From Pirellula sp. (GTDB taxonomy: Bacteria > Planctomycetota > Planctomycetia > Pirellulales > Pirellulaceae), in assembly GCA_046344995.1 (NCBI GenBank), contig JBKDKR010000092.1, forward strand, positions 27,396-91,395: 64,000 bases of DNA. Reading direction: 5' to 3'. A model generated the notes under the pieces. That model was not told where the DNA came from and ran no database searches. It saw only the letters and a list, made by a program, of their open reading frames with translations. A program made the translations under genes and the position numbers. Below are positions 17,784 through 28,433 of this stretch, piece by piece. Each line of letters begins with the position of its first letter. The first letter of the stretch is position 1.

Positions 17784-20018
17784 ATGATCAAGAGACTAGC
17801 AATGTTTCGTGCCGGGCAAGCTGCAGCTGTAATCTTTGCGAGCTTGCTCTATTCAATGGCAATGCCTTTGTTCGCTCATGAAGGCCATCAGCCTTTACCA
17901 ACTAAGGGTGTTCAAGTTGACACGGCTCGTGGCAAGATCACCTTATCCAAGCAGGCCCGAGACTCCATAGGGCTTGTTGCGGATGAAGTATCGATAGGAA
18001 ACGTGGCAACGCTGACCCAGGTTTATGCGGAGACTGTTACTCCATGGCAGTCTACAGCCTTTGGATCAGCGCAAATCTCAGGTCGAATCGCAAAACTTTT
18101 GGTTCGACCCGGTGATCACGTGAATCAAGATCAGATTGTCGCCGAGTTAAGCAGCCGGGAATTGGAAGTATTACGCACCGAATTTTTGCAAGCGAAGCGC
18201 GAACACCAGCTTAATGAACGCTTACTGGACATCACACGTCCAACGGCGCAATCAGGCGCGGTGCCAATGCAGCGTTTGCTGGATCTCGAGACTGCTCTTG
18301 AGCAAAGCCATAATCGTATGGATATCGCCATTGTCCGAGCTCAGAGTTTGGGTATTGAGCATTCGAATGATTGGGAAAGCAAGGAGATGCTTTACCCGAT
18401 CCGTTCTCCCATAGCTGGCCTCATAGTGCATTCGGATCTTGCGGAAGGCAAGTTCGTGGAGGCGTTCGAACATCTGTTCGAGATAGTCAATACAGACCAA
18501 ATATGGGTAAGGTTTCAAGTACTAGAAAAAGATAGTTTCAAGGTCAACACGGGAGGTCGTGTTGCGATCCATTTTCCCGACGCGGCAGTGACGATTGATT
18601 CGGTGATCGATCGCATCGACGCGGGATTTGATGCAAAAACCAAAATCACCTGGGCATGGTCCACTATCTCCCATCCTAAAGTCATCCCGGGCATGGTTGG
18701 AAAAGCTGAGATTCAAACCTCGTTGAGCGAAGGTAAATTGGCAGTTCCTCACAGCGCCGTGTTTAGCGATGGTCTTCAAAATTATGTGTTTGTCGAAGAA
18801 GCCTCAACCAAGAGTTCGTCAGAGTATCAAAAGAAATACGTAAAACTCGGCAATCGAGTCATCATCTCCGATAGCTCGGCAGAGACTCTCGTTGAAGTCG
18901 TTCAAGGCGATATTTATCCAGGTGATCGAATCGTACGAAAGGGAGGGCATGAACTTTCGAGTTTGTTTTTTCTGGGCGTTCTCAAGCTAGCGGATGCTGA
19001 CAAAAAGAGGCTCGCTATTACCACGAGTCGCGCAGCAATACGAGAATTATCTCAAACCAGCCTTTTGCCTGCGACCATTGTGCTTCCTCCCGCCAATCGA
19101 ATGCAGTTATCGAGCCAGCTAGGCGGCACCATCAAGTCTCATGCACTCAGTCCCGGTAAAGCGGTCAATGCTGGCGAGCCGTTGGTTAGTATTGCATCGC
19201 CCGATTTTTTTCGAATGCAACTCGATCTCATTTCGGCCGAGTTGGAAGGTCGACTTTTGAGAAGACGGGCGGAGCGACTCGCAACAATACAAGGCGACGC
19301 GATTTCGACACGCGCGGTTCTAGAGATTCAGTCGCAAGCCGAACAACAAGAAATTCGCTCGCAGGGATTGCAGCGAGAACTCTTATCGCTTGGTTTGTTA
19401 CCGCCAGAGATTCAGTCGATCATCGAGGATCGACGCATCCTGAATAGCTTGCCGTTGCGATCTACGCTCCACGGGGCCGTTACATCATCCGCTGTCATCC
19501 TTGGCGACACCGTGAGTGCCAGTCAAGCCTTGGTTGAGATTCAAGACTTAAGTCAATTTTGGATCGAAGCGAATGCTCCGTCGAGTACAACAGGCTCTTT
19601 GAAGGCGGGGGCAATCGGAGTCGCCACTTTTCTTGCGAACTCCGAGCTCCGCATTCCCGTTAAGCTAACGCGCATCAGTCCCATCATTGATGAGACAACA
19701 CGAACGCAAAGACTTTGGTTCGAGCCCGTGTCATCGAATGCAGCTCCCAAGATGCGTGCTGGCATGATGATGTCCATTTCTATTTCTTCAGAGCCTGGTG
19801 TGAATTGCCTATCAGTTCCGATCCAAGCCATTATCAAGGACGGAACTAGTTACTTCGCCTTTGTGGAAAAAGAAAATGGATATGTTGAACGACGACGTGT
19901 CGTGATGGGACGATCCGATCTAGAGCATGTGGAAATTCTACAAGGAATAGCGTCAGGAGAAACGGTCATTGTCTCCGGAAGTCGTGAGTTGCAAACCGCT
20001 TTCGCATCGCTGAGGTAA
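17784..20018 (+). CDS. RND periplasmic adaptor (CzcB/CusB-like) with two tandem MFP modules
   Basis: Two hairpin/lipoyl/beta-barrel units (VRPGD...RSPIAG...PGM and PGKAV...RSTLHG...AGM); HEGH after the signal peptide. Confidence 0.88.
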   Translation: MIKRLAMFRAGQAAAVIFASLLYSMAMPLFAHEGHQPLPTKGVQVDTARGKITLSKQARDSIGLVADEVSIGNVATLTQVYAETVTPWQSTAFGSAQISGRIAKLLVRPGDHVNQDQIVAELSSRELEVLRTEFLQAKREHQLNERLLDITRPTAQSGAVPMQRLLDLETALEQSHNRMDIAIVRAQSLGIEHSNDWESKEMLYPIRSPIAGLIVHSDLAEGKFVEAFEHLFEIVNTDQIWVRFQVLEKDSFKVNTGGRVAIHFPDAAVTIDSVIDRIDAGFDAKTKITWAWSTISHPKVIPGMVGKAEIQTSLSEGKLAVPHSAVFSDGLQNYVFVEEASTKSSSEYQKKYVKLGNRVIISDSSAETLVEVVQGDIYPGDRIVRKGGHELSSLFFLGVLKLADADKKRLAITTSRAAIRELSQTSLLPATIVLPPANRMQLSSQLGGTIKSHALSPGKAVNAGEPLVSIASPDFFRMQLDLISAELEGRLLRRRAERLATIQGDAISTRAVLEIQSQAEQQEIRSQGLQRELLSLGLLPPEIQSIIEDRRILNSLPLRSTLHGAVTSSAVILGDTVSASQALVEIQDLSQFWIEANAPSSTTGSLKAGAIGVATFLANSELRIPVKLTRISPIIDETTRTQRLWFEPVSSNAAPKMRAGMMMSISISSEPGVNCLSVPIQAIIKDGTSYFAFVEKENGYVERRRVVMGRSDLEHVEILQGIASGETVIVSGSRELQTAFASLR

Positions 20019-20024
20019 CGGATC

Positions 20025-23000
20025 ATGCTCAATAGTGTTATTCGGTTCTCGCTGACCAATCGTGCGGTTGTGGCCTTTGTGTCTCTGATGTGCGCGCTCT
20101 TTGGCATTTTTCTGTTTCGCGAGTTACCGGTTGATGTATTCCCCGATCTGAATCGACCTACCGTGACCATTATGACGGAGGCTCCAGGGTTGGCACCCGA
20201 GGAAGTTGAGGTGCTAGTCACGCGACCGATCGAATTGCTTCTCAATGGAGCTACGGGGGTCAAGCGAGTACGATCGTCGTCGGCTATTGGCTTTTCTATT
20301 GTATGGGTCGAGTTCGATTGGGGAACCGACATCTTCATCGATCGGCAGATCGTTAACGAAAAGCTACAGCTCGCGCAATCTAAATTGCCACCGGGCACCA
20401 ATCCTACGTTAGCTCCGATTTCCTCCATCATGGGCGAAATCATGTTACTGGCAATTCGAAGCGACTTCGAACCTGCTACGCAAGCCGAGACGGATGCCAA
20501 GGCAATGGAGCTACGTACATTGGGGGAGTTTACCGTTCGCAATCGACTTCTCGCGATCGAGGGAGTATCTCAAGTCTCCGTCATGGGGGGCATCTTAAAG
20601 CAATATCAGGTCCTCACGTCCCCATCTAGGCTGGCCGCTCGAAATGTTACCCTGGCTCAGTTGAGTGAAGCGACCGCGAAAGCTAACGTCATTGCCGGCG
20701 GAGGTGTCATGAATCGAGGGGACAAAGAGTCTCTTTTGAGAATCCAGGGACAATCCCTCACCTTGGAGGAAGTAGCATCGACACCGATCCTTTGGAGAGA
20801 TCAAGTTCCGATCCGGATAAGGGATGTCGCAGACGTTCGTTTAGGCGGGCCTATTAAACGAGGCGATGCGTCTGTGGTCGTAAAGATAGAGCCTGATATC
20901 AATGCCGCAGTCGACGGTCGAAGCAGCGATGAGGCACGTCCGTTTCAGGCTCTGCGGGGCGGCTCCGCCGTTATGCTAACAGTTCAAAAGCAACCGGATG
21001 CTGACACGATTCTATTGGACCGAAGAATCGACCAAATGTTGACGTCTTTGAAGAAAGAACTACCTGACGATATTCAGATCGAGTCAGATGTATTTCGACA
21101 AAGTCATTTTATCGAAGCAGCTATCGAGAACGTCAGCGAAGCCGTGCGAGATGGCGCGGTGTGGGTGGTGATAGTACTATTCCTTTTGATGGGAAACTTT
21201 CGGACCAGTGTCAGTTCGCTAACGTCGATGCCACTATCGATTTTTTTGACGTTAATCGTTTTCTATCTATTCGGCATTACCATCAACACGATGACTCTAG
21301 GAGGTATCGCGGTTGCGATTGGCGATCTGGTTGATGATTCCATTGTCGATGTAGAAAATATCTATCGTCGACTGAGGGAGAATACACTCATGCCCCTAGA
21401 ACAAAAACGACCCGTCCTCGATGTTATCTATTCCGCGTCGTGTGAAATACGAAACTCGATCGTTTACGCAACACTCATTGTCGTTCTCGTGGTTATGCCG
21501 CTATTCACAATGTCCGGCATTGAGGGCAGGCTATTCGCTCCCTTGGGAATTGCGTATATCGTGTCCCTCCTTTGCTCACTGGTTGTGGCCATTACGTTTA
21601 CACCAGTTTTGGCGACTGTTCTCCTTCCCAACGCGCCAGTCCTTGCTCAAAAGCGTGAGCCATTGCTAATGCGTTGGCTCAAACACTGGGCGGAACGGAT
21701 GATTCGTTGGACTTTAGAGCGTCCTCGATTGGTCTTGGTGGTGGTTAGCATATTCGTGTTGTTAAGTTGTTCTACGTTGCCGTGGATGGGAGGCGAATTT
21801 CTACCTCCCTTTAACGAGGGGACCGCCACCATCAATTTGCGATTGGAACCGGGCACATCATTAGCCGAAAGTCAACGAATTGCAGGTAGGGTCGAAAACG
21901 AATTGCTAAACGTGCCCGAAATTCTCTCAGTCTCAAGAAGAACCGGAAGAGCAGAGCTAGACGAGCACGCCGAGGGTGTTAACAACTCCGAGCTGGAAGT
22001 GAGGTTGGCGGAATACAAAACGGAGCGAGGAGGATGGATGTATTCCATACTGCGTGTGATTCCCGTTGCACACCTTTGGAGCTTCGAGTACCACGGTCGC
22101 CCTCAATCGGACGTAATAGCCGATATCCGAGATCGTATCTCGAGCATCCCCGGCGTCGCGGTCAACATTGGTCAGCCTATATCGCACCGACTGGATCATA
22201 TGATGTCGGGAATCCGCGCTCAAATCGCTGTAAAAGTGTTTGGGCCCGATCTCCGTGAGCTTCGAACAGCAGCCTTTGATATTCAGGCCCGTATGCAAGA
22301 GATTCCTGGCGTTGTTGATTTGCAAATTGAACCTCAAATCGAAGTCTCGCAATTGCAAATGCGCGTTAAACGTGAGGAGGCATCTCGATATGGATTAACG
22401 CCGGGCGACGTAGCGGAGGTTCTAGAAACAGCTTTCAAGGGGCAAGTAGTATCTCAGATCATCGAAGACGACAAGTACTTTGGATTGGTCGTATGGTACG
22501 ACGAAGAGTCACGGGAAAATTTGTCCGTTATTCAAGAGACCATTCTTGAAACACCATCCGGAGCCAAAGTTGCTCTCTCCCAAGTGGCAGAGATACTAGA
22601 TACGACCGGCCCCAACGTTTTGAATCGAGAGAACGTTCAAAAACGTGTGGCTGTGTTCTGCAATGTACAGGATCGCGATTTGGCAAGCGTAGTACAAGAC
22701 ATTCGAAATGTTCTCGTACCGATCGAAGATGCACTTCGAGTTTTACCAGGGGAGTATTACCTCGACTATAGCGGACAGTTCGAGGCTCAGCAACAAGCAA
22801 CGCTCAGGCTATGGGGCGCCACACTGTTTAGTATCGTGGGGGTTTATTGGTTGCTGATCAAGGCGTTGGGATCTCATTCGGCAGCGTTACAAGTGATCGC
22901 GAATGTGCCTCTTGCGGCCTTAGGTTCGATTGTTGCGTTGCTCGTCTTGAACCGTCCCGATATGCAATTACTTCTGCAGCAACCGTGGTACGACTGGCCA

Positions 23001-23396
23001 GTCGTTTGGATCCAGTCAACGCATTTATCGTTGGCTCACTGGGTAGGGTTCATCACCTTGATTGGGATCGTTAGTCGAAATGGAATTATGATGATATCGC
23101 ACTACCATCATTTAATGGAGGTTGAGGGATTACCATTCGGCAAAGAGATGATTGTGCGCGGTAGTTTGGAAAGACTTGCGCCGGTCATGATGACAGCCAT
23201 GACCAGTTTCGTAGGTTTGATACCTTTGCTATTTGGATATGGTGAGCCCGGGAAAGAGATTTTGTACCCACTTTCTGTGGTATTGCTGGGAGGCATGATC
23301 GCATCGACTCTCTTAGATCAGCTTGTAACTCCCGCACTCTTTTATCTAGTTGGGAAACCAAAACGCAACGTGAATGGTAGCCCAACTCAAATGTAG
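20025..23396 (+). CDS. CusA/CzcA-family heavy-metal RND transporter
   Basis: DVFPDL, GLAPEEVE, AIGDLVDDSIVDVENI, GFITLIGIVSRNGI, RLAPVMMTA. Confidence 0.93.
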   Translation: MLNSVIRFSLTNRAVVAFVSLMCALFGIFLFRELPVDVFPDLNRPTVTIMTEAPGLAPEEVEVLVTRPIELLLNGATGVKRVRSSSAIGFSIVWVEFDWGTDIFIDRQIVNEKLQLAQSKLPPGTNPTLAPISSIMGEIMLLAIRSDFEPATQAETDAKAMELRTLGEFTVRNRLLAIEGVSQVSVMGGILKQYQVLTSPSRLAARNVTLAQLSEATAKANVIAGGGVMNRGDKESLLRIQGQSLTLEEVASTPILWRDQVPIRIRDVADVRLGGPIKRGDASVVVKIEPDINAAVDGRSSDEARPFQALRGGSAVMLTVQKQPDADTILLDRRIDQMLTSLKKELPDDIQIESDVFRQSHFIEAAIENVSEAVRDGAVWVVIVLFLLMGNFRTSVSSLTSMPLSIFLTLIVFYLFGITINTMTLGGIAVAIGDLVDDSIVDVENIYRRLRENTLMPLEQKRPVLDVIYSASCEIRNSIVYATLIVVLVVMPLFTMSGIEGRLFAPLGIAYIVSLLCSLVVAITFTPVLATVLLPNAPVLAQKREPLLMRWLKHWAERMIRWTLERPRLVLVVVSIFVLLSCSTLPWMGGEFLPPFNEGTATINLRLEPGTSLAESQRIAGRVENELLNVPEILSVSRRTGRAELDEHAEGVNNSELEVRLAEYKTERGGWMYSILRVIPVAHLWSFEYHGRPQSDVIADIRDRISSIPGVAVNIGQPISHRLDHMMSGIRAQIAVKVFGPDLRELRTAAFDIQARMQEIPGVVDLQIEPQIEVSQLQMRVKREEASRYGLTPGDVAEVLETAFKGQVVSQIIEDDKYFGLVVWYDEESRENLSVIQETILETPSGAKVALSQVAEILDTTGPNVLNRENVQKRVAVFCNVQDRDLASVVQDIRNVLVPIEDALRVLPGEYYLDYSGQFEAQQQATLRLWGATLFSIVGVYWLLIKALGSHSAALQVIANVPLAALGSIVALLVLNRPDMQLLLQQPWYDWPVVWIQSTHLSLAHWVGFITLIGIVSRNGIMMISHYHHLMEVEGLPFGKEMIVRGSLERLAPVMMTAMTSFVGLIPLLFGYGEPGKEILYPLSVVLLGGMIASTLLDQLVTPALFYLVGKPKRNVNGSPTQM

Positions 23397-23591
23397 CAAT
23401 AGCACACCTTTTCTCGCTTCATTGTAGGGATGCCTACCAAAACAATAAGAATGGCCGGGATATGAAAAAACGTCGAATGGTAACCTATTTTCGTAAGACT
23501 ATCCTGGAGCGCAACGTCTAACGTTAGAGGATTGTGCGAAGCGAATACGTGGATCGCTAACATATCAGAAACGTCACGAAAGGAATGACCA

Positions 23592-23865
23592 TTGAACCAA
23601 GACTATTCTGATCGTGATTTGAGGGAGGAGATTACTCCGTACTCAAGTTACATTCATCGCCGCAAATTCATGAAAGCAGTGGGCGCTGCCGGTACTTTGG
23701 CTGCGTCCGCTGGACTTTATCGTTGGTTCAATCCCGTACACAAAACGGAATTGAATACCGAGGATATTGGGGAACTGGCTGCGACAGAGCTAACGTCCGA
23801 GCCACGTATGGAACGAGGATTCCTAGTCGACGAACCATTAACTAGTGAATCGAGCATCATCAATG
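23592..23865 (+). pseudogene. msrP: 5' fragment of a Tat-exported MsrP-like molybdoenzyme
   Basis: EITPYSSYIHRRKFMK and DEPLTSE; homology stops where NNFYEF would be expected. Confidence 0.65.
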
Positions 23866-23866
23866 A

Positions 23867-24430
23867 GTCGGTTCCCAAGCCTTGCACGATACAGTCCAGT
23901 CTGGCGATCAACTGCGAATCAGCGCGCCGGCTGGCAAGTTTTTCTTTGAAGACCAAGGTGTTGACGGAATAGTTTTGATATCTGGTGGTGTAGGTATAAC
24001 GCCACTCATGTCGATTTTGAGATACCTTACCGATCGAGTCTGGTCACGCCCCATTTACTTGGTAAATGCTCTTCGCACTTCGAGCGACTTGATCTATGAA
24101 GCAGAGCTGAGGCACCTGGCGGAGCAGTTCACCAACGTCAAGATGCTGCACTTCTACAGTCAAGCACCCAGCAATTTGCCCGATCAATCTAAATCCGATC
24201 GATGGCAGGAACAGACGGGCTACATAAGCGCCCAAGAGCTCGACGCGTTTGTTCCGAATATCGCGAAGTTACCAGTTTTATTTATGCGGCCCGGATGCGA
24301 TTATGCTTGCTGTGCGTCAATCGCTTGTCATGCTTGGCGTTTCTGATAAGCAGATTTCTACCGAAGAGTTTGTCTCCGCTAGTAGTACTACGGGCACTAT
24401 TACCGAAGACAATGAGCCTTATCAAGGCTA
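23867..24430 (+). pseudogene. Internal fragment of an FAD/NAD ferredoxin-reductase-like oxidoreductase, frameshifted
   Basis: LHD...SAPAGKF...SGGVGITPLMS; extra T in 24276-24279 shifts VYLCGP...TEEF. Confidence 0.8.
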
Positions 24431-24434
24431 TGAA

Positions 24435-24956
24435 TCATCCGCACTGGATAACGAGCATGGCGATTGCTCGGCCTGGAAGTGGGGCGCGAGCATCAGTGCG
24501 TGACTCTACAAGTCGATGCTCGGTTGCATTGTAGGTCTTCCCGTCAATGACATAGGTATGAAAGCCATTTATGACATCGGGATGCGTCATCTTGGTCGCT
24601 TTACGAATCTCGGTGAGCTTCTGTGTGCTAACCCGAAGAAGTGCAGAGGAAACGTCTGTTTCCACCCCATTGAGCTTCAGGTACAGGCCTTGCCTGGAGT
24701 ACTCATGACCAGCGGTTCTATGAGCCGCATTTAAGCTCTTGGCACCTTGGGTGACGACAGACCCAATCATATCGACTAAATGAGAAAACAGAATCTCGCA
24801 TTCTACTTGTATCTTTGCGTGATCTTGGAAGATCTTGTTGAGCGATTCTTCAGAAAGAACACGCTCGAAGATGCAGCGAAACATTGCTGCAGCGGGAGCT
24901 TTGGAAGCGAGTTGCTCGATCAATTTGCTACCCATTTCGATACCTCCTGTAGTCAA
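24435..24956 (-). mobile_element. IS4-family transposase 5' fragment
   Basis: KAPAAAMFRCIFERVLS...LFSHLVD...DGKTYNATEHRL...PLPGRA; truncated shortly after the first DDE Asp. Confidence 0.7.
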
Positions 24957-24995
24957 AAGTGATGCGTTTTTTCTATTATACGCATCACACTTTTG
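24954..24995. terminator. Hairpin downstream of rsmF (possible terminator or IS-end structure)
   Basis: CAAAAGTGATGCGT ... ACGCATCACACTTTTG. Confidence 0.4.
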
Positions 24996-25028
24996 CTGGC
25001 TTTACAGGATTAATTGAGGGCAATTGTG

Positions 25029-26411
25029 CTACTTTGGTTTTAGGCCTGTGGTTCGTGCCCAGGTGGGCAAATGATTCTTGACCTGACCTTGAGAGTATCT
25101 GCCCCAGCCTATGGGCATGCCATTCCACATTATGCGTGTCCATTCCGTGGTTGCTGATTGCTCTAGCCCACGAAGTGATTCACCTGTCAGAAAACTTATG
25201 GCTTGTGCACTGTCTAAAGAGATCGATGCTGAGGATTGGAACCATGACTTTCTCGATAAAGCTAGTGTATGACTAGGCTCTCGTCTTCTTGCCGCTTGTA
25301 CCATCACCAACGGCGGCTGTGCGACGGTCCGGTGCGATTCATACAGATCCCAAACCTCTTTCGTTCCGTAATATACTTCTTCGTTTATACATCGAACCTG
25401 CCCATCAATGACATCACCGATAGATTCAAGTTCTTCAACTGGATCCACAGTGTCTTTCTTATTCAGTCGCGAATGGCGTGACTGATTTCGAGCAGCTTGA
25501 AATTTTTTGGTTCCCTCACGCCGGTGGTTACCGTGGCCAATCTCCTGTTCAAATTCGCTAGACAGTAAGATTCCACCGGCGAATCCTCCTGCACATGAAT
25601 CGCGATGGGGCCAAAGCCGATAACAGCCTGCTTGAACTGGTGACACCCAGCTCTTGAGATCATCACTACACAATGGGGTTACCCCTGATTCGAAATGACT
25701 GAGCAGCCTCGAAAGCTGCATTTCATTTTCCTCCAAAGCAAACGTACAGGTCGAATAGACAAGTCGCCCGCCAGGCCGCAAAAGCTTAATGGCAGCGTCC
25801 AGGATTCTTTGTTGTCTTGCGGCGCTATGCTCTATCTGGCGACTGGACCATGCGTTGGAATCACGTTTCTCTCTCGATACCATCATCTGCCCGCTACAGG
25901 GAGCATCTACCAAGACAGCATCAAACTCGCCTCCAAACTCCTGAGCCATTTGATCGGGATCCAATTCCGTCGTCAGATAGTTTGGTAAACCGGTACGTCC
26001 CAGCATATATTTGAGGACGTTGGTACGTGAACGAATGGGCTCGTTAGCAACTAGCACCCCCTGGCCATTCATTCGCTCCAAGATGGCCGTTGATTTACCT
26101 CCAGGCGCTGCACATAAATCGCAGATGACTTCGCCAGGTTGCGGGTTTAATAGCTTCACAGGCAACAGGGAACCGGCGTCCTGGATGTAGTAGCAACCGG
26201 CAGGGTATTCGAGATATGCACCAGGCCGACATTCCGTATCGGCCAGGAAGAACCCCCGATCATTCCATGGAACAGGGATCGTTTCGAATGGTAACGAAGA
26301 CACTGAGAAATCGTCGCGGAGTCTTACGGCCCGTCGAGGATGATTGCTCAGCGATGTCTCAAAGGCGCCTACTTCCGAAGACGGAAGCAATGATTCAAAG
26401 ATATTAAGCAA
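25029..26411 (-). CDS. rsmF: RsmF/RsmB-family RNA m5C methyltransferase
   Basis: DLCAAPGGKS, DAPCSG, LVYSTCT and C-terminal PUA-like HLP motif. Confidence 0.85.
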   Translation of the reverse strand: MLNIFESLLPSSEVGAFETSLSNHPRRAVRLRDDFSVSSLPFETIPVPWNDRGFFLADTECRPGAYLEYPAGCYYIQDAGSLLPVKLLNPQPGEVICDLCAAPGGKSTAILERMNGQGVLVANEPIRSRTNVLKYMLGRTGLPNYLTTELDPDQMAQEFGGEFDAVLVDAPCSGQMMVSREKRDSNAWSSRQIEHSAARQQRILDAAIKLLRPGGRLVYSTCTFALEENEMQLSRLLSHFESGVTPLCSDDLKSWVSPVQAGCYRLWPHRDSCAGGFAGGILLSSEFEQEIGHGNHRREGTKKFQAARNQSRHSRLNKKDTVDPVEELESIGDVIDGQVRCINEEVYYGTKEVWDLYESHRTVAQPPLVMVQAARRREPSHTLALSRKSWFQSSASISLDSAQAISFLTGESLRGLEQSATTEWTRIMWNGMPIGWGRYSQGQVKNHLPTWARTTGLKPK

Positions 26412-26426
26412 GCCGAAGCACCGATG

Positions 26427-28322
26427 TTAGGGGTTTCCAGCAGGGAGTTTCTTTTCCCGCCAAGGCTTCTTCTCTTCGTAGCTTTTCAACTCTTCACGAA
26501 GTTGATCGATTTGCTCGCTCTCTTCCTTTTCTCCTAACTCGACAGCTTTCTTAGCGTATTCAACCGCCTTATCAAAATCACCCGTCTCTGCGTAGGCAGC
26601 AGCCAACGTGCTTACCAAGTGAGCCTCGGCAAAGTCGGTCAATTCGCAAGCCTTTGTTCCGAGTTCTAAAGCACGCGCTCCGTCGCGAGCCTTATCTTCG
26701 GGGCTCGTGGAAAGTATCCAGGCATAGTTATTGAGCAAGTTCGATTGCTGAGCTGCGGTTGCTGTTTCCGGCATAAGTCTCAGTGCCTTTTCGTAAGCGA
26801 CTGTGGCTTCCATGTGATCTCCGGTCCCCAAGTAGATTTCGCCACGCAATCGGAAAGCATCCCAGCTGCTTGAGTTCTGCCGAATGACTTGATCTAGAGT
26901 CTTTAGTGCTTGTTTGATTTGATCCGCTTGCCAATAGGCAACAGCAAGCTTCTTGAGCAGCTCTTCTTTTTGGGGTGTACCATCCGCAAATTGGCCAGAT
27001 AGTGTTTTGAAATCTTTGGCAGCGCGCTCGAAGTTGCCTTCAGTCATCGCTAGCTCACCGCTGAACAGCAGAGCTTCTAAATTTTGCTCTTCGGCTTCCA
27101 AAACCATGTCGACGTCCCTACGGGCGCCTTCGGCATCTTCCATTTGAGCTGCTAGGCGAGCTCTCAAAAAGATCGATTGGACATTGTCTTTCATCAATTT
27201 GAGAGACTCATCGAGATCCGCTTTGGCTAAGTCCAAAAGCGTCTTGGCTTCTTCGTCGTTCTTCTTTTTCTTAGCCTCGTCTTCGGCTGCTTCGTCTGCT
27301 GTCGCTCCAACGGTCAAGCCTGCAGATTTGGATTGATACAGCAAAGCGCGTTGTCTAAGCAAAGCAGCTCTGGCCTCATCCTCAGTAGCCAAGCCGATGC
27401 ATTTCGAACTGAATTCAATGGCTTCGTCTGGTTTGTTCAACCGAAGAAGTGTCGCGATCTTCGTGGAGATCAACTCGACATTCTCAGAATTCAACTCCAG
27501 CATTCGATCCAGAGTGGTAAGCATTTTCTCGAACTGACCGGTTTGGCCGAGACCTGCCAAATACCTCTTGCTGAGCACATCGTCGAAAGGGTTGATCTCA
27601 GTCGCTTTTTCCAAATCGGCTAGCTGCTCATTAGGCTCATCGCCCGATTCAGCTCGAGCGAGATACAACTTGGAAAGACTCTGCCGATTTTCACTACTCT
27701 TTTTGGCTTCGTAGAGCGGCGTAAAATACTCGATACCTTGGTTCAACACTTCTCGAGCTGTTTCAAACTCTTGACGATCGATCAATATCTGTGCTTTGAT
27801 CGTGTAAGCATCGGTTTGTGAGGCATCGTATTCGATTGCATTGGATACATCGTCTAATGCATCTAGAAGTAGCTTACTGCGACGCGATCTAGGACCGCCT
27901 CCCTGGAGAGCGGTTTGAATACTGACCTTTGCCTTTTCTGTGTAAGCAGAACCCAGAAATCGCTTAGCTGCAATTTCGCTGTCCTCAGATAGCCCCTTCG
28001 AAATGGCGGATTCCGCTAGTCCAATGGCTTCCTTCAACTGATCAGTCGAATCCATTTTGATTCGCAACTGAATCGCTTTATCGAAATCCTCTTCGCCTGG
28101 CTTTGGAACCGGAATGACTAAGGCTGGGGGATCGGCTTTTTCGGTTTTGTCCTGAGCCATGCTCGTATTCGGACCAGCGAAAGTCACCATTCCCAGCGCT
28201 GCTATCCCTAATGCTGTACAGCCGACACGATTCTTACGTGCGACGATACCCTCGAGCATATGCTTCAACAATGCATTGCGAGTTCGTAGGGATTGCGAGT
28301 TTCGATATCTTCTGTTTTTCAT
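26427..28322 (-). CDS. Exported TPR-repeat protein
   Basis: Signal-like segment; TPR helices; NNYAWILST...ALELGTKAC...STLAAAYAETGDFDKA. Confidence 0.85.
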   Translation of the reverse strand: MKNRRYRNSQSLRTRNALLKHMLEGIVARKNRVGCTALGIAALGMVTFAGPNTSMAQDKTEKADPPALVIPVPKPGEEDFDKAIQLRIKMDSTDQLKEAIGLAESAISKGLSEDSEIAAKRFLGSAYTEKAKVSIQTALQGGGPRSRRSKLLLDALDDVSNAIEYDASQTDAYTIKAQILIDRQEFETAREVLNQGIEYFTPLYEAKKSSENRQSLSKLYLARAESGDEPNEQLADLEKATEINPFDDVLSKRYLAGLGQTGQFEKMLTTLDRMLELNSENVELISTKIATLLRLNKPDEAIEFSSKCIGLATEDEARAALLRQRALLYQSKSAGLTVGATADEAAEDEAKKKKNDEEAKTLLDLAKADLDESLKLMKDNVQSIFLRARLAAQMEDAEGARRDVDMVLEAEEQNLEALLFSGELAMTEGNFERAAKDFKTLSGQFADGTPQKEELLKKLAVAYWQADQIKQALKTLDQVIRQNSSSWDAFRLRGEIYLGTGDHMEATVAYEKALRLMPETATAAQQSNLLNNYAWILSTSPEDKARDGARALELGTKACELTDFAEAHLVSTLAAAYAETGDFDKAVEYAKKAVELGEKEESEQIDQLREELKSYEEKKPWREKKLPAGNP

Positions 28323-28433
28323 GTTCGTCGGGAGGCGGTAGGTTGGAAGGGCGAAGCTTAAGAACCCAATGATGGCATCGTTCTCAGTGCTCCATTGTAT
28401 AACTAGAACAACTTGGCGTTCTAGATCGATTAT

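Larger units (their letters stand above)
6537..25020. mobile_element. Putative decayed genomic island at tRNA-Ser
   Basis: Integrase relic at the tRNA, TA pair, hsdR tail, metal-efflux cargo and IS4 fragment; right border inferred, no att duplicate seen. Confidence 0.5.

Noticed and set aside
19850-20542. 230-aa antisense ORF, and similar shadow ORFs at 35919, 36295, 36390, 42719, 47028 and 53282
   Set aside because: Antisense to or overlapping well-supported genes, with no motifs
7131-24994. Shared 11-mer ATCACACTTTT at 7131 and 24984 as island att sites
   Set aside because: An 11-bp match is expected many times by chance in 64 kb and is unrelated to the tRNA 3' end
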